DNA of 43,600 nucleotides from Octopus bimaculoides (taxonomy: Eukaryota): contig NC_068986.1 in assembly GCF_001194135.2 (NCBI RefSeq), positions 98,862,651 to 98,906,250 on the forward strand. Direction: 5' to 3'. Made by a program: the position numbers and the translations under genes. Below the pieces are notes generated by a model. The model ran no database searches and was not told where the DNA came from. It was given only the letters and a program-made list of their open reading frames with translations. Of the stretch, positions 25,059-36,321 are shown in pieces. Each line of letters starts with the position of its first letter. Within the stretch, counting starts at the first letter, position 1.

Positions 25059-26835
25059 ATGCTGGGCTGGTCAAAATGACAGAGACCACACTAATATGGG
25101 CCATTTCTTTCTAGAGGTAAAAATGGATCTGAGTAGGGTCAACACCCCTACCAAGGAAGAAATCAAAGTTACGGAAGCATCGATGACAATTCAAAATATC
25201 TTTGCACCCTAATTCCGACCACATTTCTCTATACTTCGTCCTACCGTTTCTCAGCGGAAAATATTTCCTAGTAGAAGCCTGCCACCAGCCTTATAAGTTC
25301 ACGCACAATTCCTTGTCTTTTCTCGCTCTTGTCCCTAACCTGTTTTTCAGTAAGCAAAATATCTCAAGGATCTCATCCGTGGCCACTGACATTTAACTGG
25401 GCTATTTACAGGAATTGAAACATTGGTTAGTAATAGTTCAACTGTAAGACTCCCTCTACCCAATTCACTTACAAAGTAGTACACTTAGAAAATTCAATCA
25501 AAAATAACGTTAAATCTATTGAACAATTCTCCTTCGTTTTGCTAATATTAAAAACTTCCGTCCAATCTGGACCCAACCCCATCACCTTTTATTAAACCAC
25601 AATTCACGTATACCGTTTCTCTTTAAAACATAAATCTCTTACTGTTTATCTATAGATCATCTTTGTTGTCCAATGTACACTCTATATTCAAACCTCACCC
25701 TCAGACTCGGTGTCTGTGAGTATTTAGACTCCATTCTTTCACCACTCACCTCTCTCACTTGACATACTGTACATACTACTCAGTCAATCAACCCCACCTC
25801 CGAGATTCGGTGGTTCAACTAGTCAGTCTACACAGCAACAACAACAGCAACAGCATTAACATCAATAGCAGAGAAAGCAATATATTTTCTCTTACGATTA
25901 CAATCTGTATGATTTCGTTATTTTGGAAGTGATTTTTTTTAAAGTGCTTGGAAAATTTCCAATAAATGTATTTTGTGCTTTTCAGTTAGCAAATGTAGTT
26001 TAAGTGTGTAGCCGTGTCATAAATAGCTCTATCAGATTGGTATCAGATACTCCGAAATCAGGTTTCATAAAGTGATATACATTACTTTCTATACAATCAT
26101 AAGCATAAACAAAAGAAAAAGAACAGTAAAATGACAAAACTAAACAGGAAAATATATTCAGAAATCTACACGAAATAGTGTTTAAAAACATGTTATGATG
26201 CGATAATGCTTTTTCTAAAATATTGTTTCCGAAAACTTTCATAATTACGTTTATTCATTTACTATATACAAATATATTTGGATGCTAGTTACATCGAGAC
26301 GTGTGGATATCAAATATAATTGATAATGTTACATACGAGGTTAGGCTCTTGGTTGCTGGAGCAGAAACAATGATGTTACCATTAACACGAAAAAAGATAT
26401 CCTAAATAGTCGTTTCATAAGTAATTTTTAAGAATACGTTGTTATTTAGTTATAGATCGATCTTGAACGAGTAGATCGAAGATGAGCTATCAGTGACTAC
26501 ACCAGCTTTACTTCAACACTGAGTATCCAAGACTGCATTATCTAATGTATAGTTTCGTTGTGGAGTAGTTACTGTTACTGGCTATAATTGTAGTAATTGT
26601 TTAACCGTAGGATAGACCTCATCAAGCAAACTTATGATTAAAGAAACTATCACAGTCATTGCCATCACGTATTTTCCCTTATTTTTCCAGATGCAGTATC
26701 AAGGATTACATTATATAAAGTATTATTCTCTCTTTTTATTGATAATACGAAGGAATTTCAAAAGAATTTACAAAGGGTTTCAAGGGAGAGAGATTTAGTT
26801 GCTACTTCTCAAAGGTCGGGCCACGACGAAAAGCC

Positions 26836-26897
26836 TTCTCCATTAGAATGGTTGGGACGAAGCTGTGTTGTTGCTTCGTCCCAGCCATTCATGAGAG
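26836..26897 (+). other. Compact hairpin (18-bp stem with one G:U pair, 9-nt loop, extendable to ~25 bp)
   Basis: 26846-26863 gaatggttgggacgaagc pairs with 26873-26890 gcttcgtcccagccattc. Confidence 0.85.
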
Positions 26898-27152
26898 TTG
26901 AACGTAAATCAAAGACTTTCGAAGAGTAAATATTTGGCCTCTTATTATCAGGTTTAATCTACCTTAGATCATACGTATATACTTATACAAATGCTAAATT
27001 AAGCTTTTTTTTATATTTTAAAGCTAGTATAAAAATAACAATAGAAGACTAACATTTACTAGATAAGAAAATTAAAGTCAAATTTATTGTAAAGATATTG
27101 TTTTTTTTAACCGAGAATTTTAATTTCGCCTGATGTCTTATCCAGCCAGTAA

Positions 27153-27392
27153 AGAGAGATTTTATTTCTGGTGTTTATATAGGAAAATAAATGGAACACT
27201 TCATTAAATGGCGGGTGAGATCGGGTATTGAGTTATAGCTTTTGTTAAAATTCCAATTAAACGGGATTTAATTTTTATTGGGCGTGGAATCAGATAATTT
27301 TAACAACTGCAGCACCATTTCATGAGGAAGCCCTTCCATGTAATAAGGGTTTCCATTTATTTCTTGCATAAACACCAGAAACAAATCTTTCT
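27153..27392. repeat. Old foldback or MITE-like element (~240 bp)
   Basis: Imperfect ~60-bp arms (agagagattttatttctggtgtttat... versus ...cataaacaccagaaacaaatctttct) with a nested inner inverted repeat ttgttaaaatt/aattttaacaa. Confidence 0.7.
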
Positions 27393-27989
27393 GCACAGGG
27401 CGAGTAAACCGTCAAGTAAAACACCCTAAATTCTCCAACAAAAAGAATTTTCTATACACATGCGCATAGAGATATATAGAAAGGGATATATAAAAGATAT
27501 ATAGAAAGCTGAAGAAAGAGTTAAATACACGCACACATACAGACATACGCAGATAGAAACACGCACATACAGACACATAATCACACACGCACACGCACAA
27601 CCAACCACACACACACACATAAGACAAGAGTTAACAAAATTATCTTAACCCTGTAAGAGTACAGACAAGAATAACTTACTTAGACAAAAGAATTTATATG
27701 GTATATCTTGCAAATAAATATCACATACAACCCAGTGTTATTATTTTAAGATAAATATATATAAAGATAATCTTAATGCTATAGTGAGACTCAATTCTCC
27801 TCGTAGCTATTCATAACTATAATTATATGGGATATTGTGGAAGAAAGTTTACGTCGATGTTATATAAATGGCTGTCCGGGAAGAAAATTAAATGTAAACA
27901 AATTTAATTTGTTCTAAATTTTAAAACGTGTAGTGTCGGAACATGGAATGGTTAAATAAGATAGATAGATAGACAGACAGACAGACAGG

Positions 27990-28046
<57 letters not shown>

Positions 28047-28063
28047 GTATAGATAGATAGATA

Positions 28064-28108
<45 letters not shown>

Positions 28109-28289
28109 ATATATAAAACAGCTTGATTCGGATTCCGTGCTACTTCAAATTTCGTATACCCCTAACGGAGCCTGTCTCCTCAGGGTCGTGGAATAGCCGA
28201 ATGACCGGAGAGGTACAGGAAGTCCAAGATAGCTACCGAGAGATAGGTTGCATTGGTCAAGGATGGACACATGATGTCACAATGGATTA

Positions 28290-28830
28290 TATCACTTGGT
28301 AAGCGACAGCAGTTCCATGAGAAAAGAGAGTTTCTTTGACCGTGTAAATTGGACAGGAAACTGGTGGCGTCAGACTCCCATGTAAACTATTAAATTTCTT
28401 TAGTCAGTACCCTTGAACAAAATCTGATCCTGGGCCTTTTCAATTCAGCATTTTTCCTAACACTTTACTCATTAAGGCACTAGTTAGTCTTGGATCTGGC
28501 TGCTTCTCGCTCACTATTTCTTCCCTCACTTTCTTTAACCATACTGCATCCCCATTATGTGTGACTGGCTTATCCCAAATATTACTCCAGAACTTTCTAG
28601 CTTCGTCTGCATTACTCATCTTCAGTACTCCACTATTTATTTGGTTATAAAATCTCCTTTGGTCTGTCTCATATAATCTATTCTGTTGATATTGATCTAT
28701 TCTTTTCTAATATCTGAAGAGGTTGTCTGCTACTGCTATTATACTCTGTTTCAACTCTTCCATTACTATCCCAAATCTTTTCACTTTGACTGAGTATCTT
28801 TTCTCAAGGAAATATGTTTCTTAACTTGAT
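28290..28830 (-). mobile_element. Degenerate R4/Dong-like fragment, N-terminal to the RT
   Basis: Minus strand KGPGSDFVQGY*LKKFNSLHGSL aligns to the KAPGPDxVQGFWLK motif. Adjacent to a (TTA/TTG)n tract. Confidence 0.6.
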
Positions 28831-28957
28831 AATTATAATTATTATTATTAATTATTGTTGTTGTTGTTTTTGTTGTTATTTGTTGTTGTTGTTGTGTGAG
28901 GGCGCATGGCTTAGTGGTTAGGGTGTTGCAACCTTTCCTGTCACCTATGCTTTAAAC

Positions 28958-29270
28958 CAGTAGTTCTCAACCAGGGTCCATATAAGATTTTTGGGGGTCT
29001 ACACAACAAAATAATACATTAGGGAACCACAACAGTATTTTGATGATGCCTGAAAAATTTTGCTTAGATATATATTGGTATGTATTGCAAGAAACATCTA
29101 GGTTTCTTTCTCTAACCATAGTTCAACCTAAACGAATTAATGTGTGAAAAACAAAATAGGAATTTTGAAAGAAGTTTCTATAAAGCTAGTTTTTAAACAT
29201 TGAATAGCTACAGGGGTCCACCAGAATAAAATAATAATCAAAGGGGTCCATAGATGGTTGAGAATCCCTG
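28958..29270. mobile_element. hAT (Charlie-like) MITE, 313 bp, 8-bp TSD CTTTAAAC
   Basis: TIRs CAGTAGTTCTCAACC / CAGGGATTCTCAACC; identical ctttaaac at 28950-28957 and 29271-29278. Confidence 0.92.
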
Positions 29271-30625
29271 CTTTAAACCGTGTAGATCTGCAACGAGACT
29301 GAACGGTCATCTGAGTAGTCATGGACAGAAGTCAGAAGTGCTATTGACAACGAGGAAGCACAAGGAGAGAGCAATTATCCCTGAAGATGAAGCATTCACT
29401 CTGTGTGTGTGTGTGTGACAAAATATATTTATTTTGGTCGATTCAAGATTCAGTCACTTGTTGTCCTGAAGTTTCGCATGTGTGCTCACGGGCAAAGTTT
29501 CAGGCAATTTTGACAGTCATAAAATTGGTTAATAACCTTGCCAAAACACAGGCAAAACAACAGAATAGCAATAGATTGACTCAACCCAAATGTAAATAAT
29601 ATAAACCTCTATTATATTATTCATTATTCTTTCTTCCGACAGCCAACACTAGACGAGACGAGCGCACGCGTATGTGAATATAGCCAAACACATACTGCTG
29701 CTGTCCAAAGGAATAGGTATAAAAGACAGAAAACCAGCCAGTCTATTACAGTCTGTCATACCGGCCATGATGAAATACTACAAGGTATAGAAAATACGTA
29801 TTCGCCTTTATATATTTAATCCTTTGTATTGAACACTCAATATTTCATATATTCAATAAGACATATTCCATATATTCAATAAGACATTCAATACTTAATT
29901 TCATTGTACCATCCATTTTAAAATTATATATTATATATTCCATATTCTATATCCCACATTAATTTTACAAGAATATAAATAAAACATAAATAAAACATAA
30001 AAAACAGAGTTGGAACTCTTTTAACTAAAATAATATATTCCTCTATACACGAACATACAAAGCCCTTTTTTGTATTTATTTTTACTCACATATATATATA
30101 TATACACACATACATACATACATACATATACACGTATATATACATATATATGCATACACGCACACACACACAAATGCACACACACACAAATGCACACACA
30201 CACACATACACTAAAAAAAAAACACATATATATATTCTCCAAAATAGTTGATAGGAAATAGTATCTCGTGTGGTTCATTTATCAAAATACACCTAAAAAT
30301 GAGCGATTCGGTGTTCGATGCTGAGAACACATACGTCCTAAGAGCCAAGGACGTCATTTAATGTATTTTGAAAAAAGTCGTCTTGAAGGAGAATTGTCTC
30401 CCAAGGCTATTCCTGCAGAGAAAAGTCTTCTCATATCCGAGTGTTCTCGAACGTGTTCAGTATGACTTTACAGAAATACCGGAAACAATTTATTCAAAGC
30501 TGCTTCTTGCGACTTGAAATATATATATAGATAGATGTGTGTGTGTGTGCGTCTGTGTGTGTGTGTGTAGATGCAGAAACGAAAAGAAGTAATTAACTGC
30601 TGAATAAAATTGGATATAAATCTCT

Positions 30626-30993
30626 GTGGCTGTGTGGTAAGTAGCTTGCTTACCAACCACATGGTCCTGGGTTCAGTCCCACTGCGTGGCACCTTGGGCA
30701 AGTGTCTTCTACTATAGCCTCGGGCCGACCAAAGCCTTGTGAATGGATTTGGTAGGCGGAAACTGAAAGAAGCCCGTCGTATATATGTATATATATATAT
30801 ATATGTGTGTGTGTGTTTGTGTGTCTGTGTTTGTCCCCCAACATCGCTTGACAACCGATGGTGGTGTGTTTACGTCCCCGTAACTTAGCGGTTCGGCAAA
30901 AGAGACCGATGGAATAAGTACTAGGCTTCCCAAAAATAAGTCCTGGGGTCGATTTGCTCGACTAAAAGGCGGTGCTCCAGCATGGCCGCAGTC
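30626..30993 (+). mobile_element. tRNA-like SINE family-2 copy
   Basis: gtggctgtgtggtaagtagcttgcttacc...gggttcagtcccactgcgtggcacc...ggcggtgctccagcatggccgcagtc. Confidence 0.92.
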
Positions 30994-32317
30994 GAGGTTT
31001 TTTTTCATATTGAGGTTTTTAATTTTTTACGTTTTATCTCTTATTTTTATTTTTATTTTTATTTTTATTCTTATCAGTTTATTATTCTTTAATATTTTTC
31101 AGTTCTTATTTTATTGTTTATTTCTTAGTCATTACACTATTAATTGTGGGTGCTAATATTTCCTTTCACTAGTATACTATATTACTCTGTATTTTGAATT
31201 TTGCCTTTTGAATTTTAACGTCCAAACCTAACCCCCCCCCCTATAACGTATTTCGCTTTTCTTGTTGACATGTTTATTGATGAATTCTTTAAGGTCTTCT
31301 ATGTTTAATTACCCGTTCCACTTCCTTCACCCTTCTTCATCTAGATAAGGATATGTAGATAGGTTAGTACACTTAAGTTGTAATTCGCTTAGGTTCGAAG
31401 ACAGTTGCTCCCATAAGTACCATAATAAATTTTGGGATTTATGGAGCGTCAAAGTTGCGAACAAAAGCAGGATAGAGGTGACATACAAAGAAACCGAACG
31501 AAAACAAACATGGAGGGTCATTAGACCAGAACGAGGGCAAAATAGCGAACACTGGAGAAATATTTTCTTTGACAAGAGAAAAGATAGAAGTGAAAGATAT
31601 AGGGTACGTCCAGTCCTTAGGAAAGAAAAGAAAGATGATCACGGGAGGAAAAGAAAGATGGACAATGGTCACGTGTGAGCAACGAGAGAGAGAGAGAGAA
31701 AGAGAGAGAGTAAAGGAGAAAGAAGGTTAGAGACATATGTGATGCTGCGTCAGCACAGGATTAATTTCACTAGTTTGTGGCCGTTGTTGGTGAACATTGA
31801 GATGGCATGTTAGACCAGGATTGGTCTTGCATGTTTTGAAACAGACAGATCATGTAATAAAGTCAGGTGGCGCTGGCAGTGTTGCCACATGATCTATATC
31901 TATTTTTGTGTTTTGATTCTCATGAGCATTCATGTGGTTTACATAGACTGATCTGCCGGTTCCAGTTATGTTTTACTAGTGATTGCTGGTTCTCCTTTTG
32001 CTTTAGTTTTGCATATAAACTTTCTTCATCTAACAATCATACAAACATACATACATGCGTGCATACACACATGCATACATACATGTATATGCATGTGTGT
32101 ATATATACATACATATATATATATATGCATATATACATATATATTTATATGTTTGTGTATATGGGCTTGTAGATATATATGTATATATATATATATATGT
32201 ATATATATATACATATACATATTCACTTAAATATATATATACATACATATATATAAATATATGTATGTATATAAATATGTGTATGTATGTATGTATGTAT
32301 GTATGTATGTGTATATA

Positions 32318-32350
<33 letters not shown>

Positions 32351-32971
32351 NNNNNNNNNNNNNNNNNNNNNNNNNNNNNNNNNNNNNNNNNNNNNNNNNN
32401 NNNNNNNNNNNNNNNNNNNNNNNNNNNNNNNNNNNNNNNNNNNNNNNNNNNNNNNNNNNNNNNNNNNNNNNNNNNNNNNNNNNNNNNNNNNNNNNNNNNN
32501 NNNNNNNNNNNNNNNNNNNNNNNNNNNNNNNNNNNNNNNNNNNNNNNNNNNNNNNNNNNNNNNNNNNNNNNNNNNNNNNNNNNNNNNNNNNNNNNNNNNN
32601 NNNNNNNNNNNNNNNNNNNNNNNNNNNNNNNNNNNNNNNNNNNNNNNNNNNNNNNNNNNNNNNNNNNNNNNNNNNNNNNNNNNNNNNNNNNNNNNNNNNN
32701 NNNNNNNNNNNNNNNNNNNNNNNNNNNNNNNNNNNNNNNNNNNNNNNNNNNNNNNNNNNNNNNNNNNNNNNNNNNNNNNNNNNNNNNNNNNNNNNNNNNN
32801 NNNNNNNNNNNNNNNNNNNNNNNNNNNNNNNNNNNNNNNNNNNNNNNNNNNNNNNNNNNNNNNNNNNNNNNNNNNNNNNNNNNNNNNNNNNNNNNNNNNN
32901 NNNNNNNNNNNNNNNNNNNNNNNNNNNNNNNNNNNNNNNNNNNNNNNNNNNNNNNNNNNNNNNNNNNNNNN

Positions 32972-33160
32972 GACCAACACCATTCAATTTTTTTTTCTCC
33001 GTGTTTTTCTCCTTGTTTTCTCCGTATTCTTTCTGTTGAAGAGCGTAGCTCGAAACGTTAAAGACTTTTCGCATTCCCGAGCGTCATACTAATACATCCT
33101 TTTGTTGTTTATACCACCTGTCCTCGTCTGTTATTGTTTTTTTTCGTACATTGTCCCTCC

Positions 33161-33170
<10 letters not shown>
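32972..33170 (+). mobile_element. Probable Penelope-like pseudo-LTR fragment, truncated by the gap
   Basis: Contains a minimal hammerhead-like fold and ends in a T-rich tail before (TA)n. The PLE assignment is inferred from the known PLE-hammerhead association. Confidence 0.55.
33028..33064 (+). ncRNA. Minimal type I hammerhead-like motif with degenerate core
   Basis: Helix I tcttt/aaaga; core CTGTTGA (A6 replaced by U) plus an extra A; helix II GAGC-gta-GCTC; GAA; palindromic helix III ACGT; cleavage triplet GUU. Confidence 0.6.
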
Positions 33171-33195
<25 letters not shown>

Positions 33196-33224
33196 GAATT
33201 TTTTTTTTTTCTTGGTGAAGGCCG

Positions 33225-33296
33225 GTTTATGAGGTTACCCTGGGTTTCCTGTCCATAAGGGGTTTAACTTTATGGCGTGTCGTCAGATCTCAAAAC
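33225..33296 (-). ncRNA. Type I hammerhead ribozyme candidate with intact core
   Basis: Minus strand gttttgagat-CTGACGA-cacgccataa(agttaaacccc)ttatggacag-GAA-ACCCaGGGT-A-acctcataaac. It lies ~125 nt downstream of the PLE stop codon. Confidence 0.72.
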
Positions 33297-33739
33297 TTGT
33301 TGGCCTAAGAACTCTTTAAAATATGGAGGGGAGAAGTCTCGATAGAAGTGCAGTTGTAAACAAGGGGATTAGCCCCCCTCTCCCGTTAGCTATCAACTTC
33401 CAGCTGCGCCGTTAACTATCAACTTCCGGCTGTGCCGCCATTTTGCGGATCTCGAAATTCCAATAGAAATTTCCTAAAATGCAAGCATGGCCCGAAAATC
33501 TCCGTTCTAGAATTAATTATAGTCCCTAGTTCGAGTGAGTCTTTTAGGATTCTCGTGCATTCGGCTATGCATAGCTCGCAGTGCCTCGTCCCGTTGATGT
33601 AGGGGCCTGGGATTTTGAAGATTTTCCATGAGATCGAGTGTGGAACACTGTCGTCTGTTAGTTGCCAAACGTAGCTGGCCAGCGATGTAACGTATCCCCT
33701 TTGCGGGACTCTGAAGGAGGATTTATGGTTGGAAAATCG

Positions 33740-34359
33740 GGATCTATTTTAAAACGGGGGCGCCAGTATTTTCTTAACGAAACACTAACGAAACACTTTG
33801 AAACTTGGGACACTGGTAGAATGTGTCATATAAAACATCCTTTACTCTTAGTCTTCTTAACAAAAAAAAGGAATTCGCAAGTTATTCCATGCTAAAGTTG
33901 TCGTATTTCTGTAATTTCAACCAATCACTGACGTCTATTCAGCTCAATAGAGTTACTGCTGGGCGGTCATAAAAATGTTATTCCCTGTGACATATTTCAT
34001 CCGGTTTAATCGTAATTTATACGCATATACTGTTTATATAATAAATTACGCTGTGCGTATCTATATTGTGTAACAATTTTAGAGTTCGGATTCTAGAGTT
34101 AGGGTTAGTTTTAGGGTTAGGAGATTAATACGATATACACAGTTACAGCGCTAACTGTTTTCAACTGAATAGACGTCAGTGATTAGTAGAAATTATCGAA
34201 ATAAGACAATTTTTTACATGAAATAATTTCGAATACAAAAATATTTTTCTGTTCTATAACACAAAATAGATAAGTATACGAAGTTTGAAAGTCTTTCCGT
34301 ACCAAAAACACTACATAAAACATAAATGAAAACTGGCGCCCCCGTTTTAAAATAGATCC
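33740..34359. mobile_element. 620-bp MITE with perfect 28-bp TIRs and 8-bp TSD GAAAATCG (Merlin-like)
   Basis: TIR ggatctattttaaaacgggggcgccagt at 33740-33767 and 34332-34359; TSD at 33732-33739 and 34360-34367; inner imperfect inverted repeats; central TTAGGG-like motifs. Confidence 0.93.
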
Positions 34360-34857
34360 GAAAATCGTTTCTTGAACGAATTTCCAGTACAACCAATGTA
34401 TTTTCGTGGACGCTCGATGTGGGTGCTGTACTTATTGTTGTTGCTGTTGCTACCGCTGCTGCTGCTGCTGCTGCCACTGCTGTTATTGTAGTTGTAGCTC
34501 CTGCTGCTGTTGCTGATGTTGCTGTCTCCGGTGTTGTTGTTGCTGCTGTGTTGTTGATGCTGTTGATGCTGATGATGTTGGAGCTGCTGGTGTTGCTGCC
34601 GCTGGAGGTGGGGGTTGTGTCAGTAATACTACCGCCCCTGCGTGTGTTGCCGGTAATGCAACATATATATATATATAGATGCCATAATCTAAACCGATAC
34701 CAGTTGTTTGCCTGTCCATTTTTTCCTTATGGAAAAATATACATAGACACACATGCATACACACACACACATACACACACACTTCTATATATTGAGTAAT
34801 CAGTAAAAACTTTCTCTCTCCCGCCCTTTCACTCTCTCTTTCTCACTCCTTCTCCGC

Positions 34858-34938
<81 letters not shown>

Positions 34939-36321
34939 NNNNNNNNNNNNNNNNNNNNNNNNNNNNNNNNNNNNNNNNNNNNNNNNNNNNNNNNNNNNNN
35001 NNNNNNNNNNNNNNNNNNNNNNNNNNNNNNNNNNNNNNNNNNNNNNNNNNNNNNNNNNNNNNNNNNNNNNNNNNNNNNNNNNNNNNNNNNNNNNNNNNNN
35101 NNNNNNNNNNNNNNNNNNNNNNNNNNNNNNNNNNNNNNNNNNNNNNNNNNNNNNNNNNNNNNNNNNNNNNNNNNNNNNNNNNNNNNNNNNNNNNNNNNNN
35201 NNNNNNNNNNNNNNNNNNNNNNNNNNNNNNNNNNNNNNNNNNNNNNNNNNNNNNNNNNNNNNNNNNNNNNNNNNNNNNNNNNNNNNNNNNNNNNNNNNNN
35301 NNNNNNNNNNNNNNNNNNNNNNNNNNNNNNNNNNNNNNNNNNNNNNNNNNNNNNNNNNNNNNNNNNNNNNNNNNNNNNNNNNNNNNNNNNNNNNNNNNNN
35401 NNNNNNNNNNNNNNNNNNNNNNNNNNNNNNNNNNNNNNNNNNNNNNNNNNNNNNNNNNNNNNNNNNNNNNNNNNNNNNNNNNNNNNNNNNNNNNNNNNNN
35501 NNNNNNNNNNNNNNNNNNNNNNNNNNNNNNNNNNNNNNNNNNNNNNNNNNNNNNNNNNNNNNNNNNNNNNNNNNNNNNNNNNNNNNNNNNNNNNNNNNNN
35601 NNNNNNNNNNNNNNNNNNNNNNNNNNNNNNNNNNNNNNNNNNNNNNNNNNNNNNNNNNNNNNNNNNNNNNNNNNNNNNNNNNNNNNNTATATATATATAT
35701 ATATATATACGCGTGTGTGTGTGTGTGTGTGTGTGTGTAATAAGTGGGGATTCTATGTACGTATATAAAAACATACAGTCACGCTTAGAGTTCAATACAA
35801 ACATATATATATATCTACCACACGCATCACTTGCACATAACCGCAGTCCACACTTAATATTATGATGCTTGTGTATGTGTGTATGTGTGTGTGTGTGTGT
35901 GTGCGTGTATGCGTGTGCGTGTGCGGGAGTAGTATAATATAGGACTACATTATTCATTCAGTCTTCTGTTACTTTTAGGACACGATGTATGTAATTTTAA
36001 AGTGGCTTGTCTGTGATTTCTATCACATGGAGCGACTGTAAAAACGATGCCTCGTTAGCTGGTATATTTTCATTGGACTATTGCCTACAAATCATACTGG
36101 GTTCCTTTTTTGATCAACAGTAAAATAATCATGTTAGCTCCTAGCAAAATTCAATTGTTTAAAATTTGTTAGCTTAATTTTATTAAAATTCTCCTTTTTC
36201 CATCATGAATCTCTTAGACACGAAGTAAATGCAAATTATATAACTGTTGGGTACCTTTCAATATTCCTCGCTATCACTCTTCATACACTAATGAGGAAAA
36301 CTCGAAGTTAATTATATAACA

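Larger units (their letters stand above)
33200..34424 (-). mobile_element. Penelope-like element 3' part (GIY-YIG C-terminus, stop codon at 33419-33421), interrupted by a MITE
   Basis: Removing 33740-34367 gives a stop-free 119-codon frame: RKYIGCTGNSFKKRFSNHKSSF...TSLASYVWQL...SWKI...HCELCIAE...INSRTEIFGPCLHFRKFLL...GS*. Confidence 0.88.

Noticed and set aside
34095-34125. Interstitial telomere
   Set aside because: Only a few imperfect TTAGGG units, lying inside a MITE.
34430-34660. Q/A/S-rich stretch as a host coding exon or PLE N-terminus
   Set aside because: It is a degenerate (GCT/GTT)n low-complexity tract with no splice signals or domain motif.
32030-35957. Long ORFs of 209-385 aa in the track, including 6730-7359
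   Set aside because: They are open only because they run through N-gaps.
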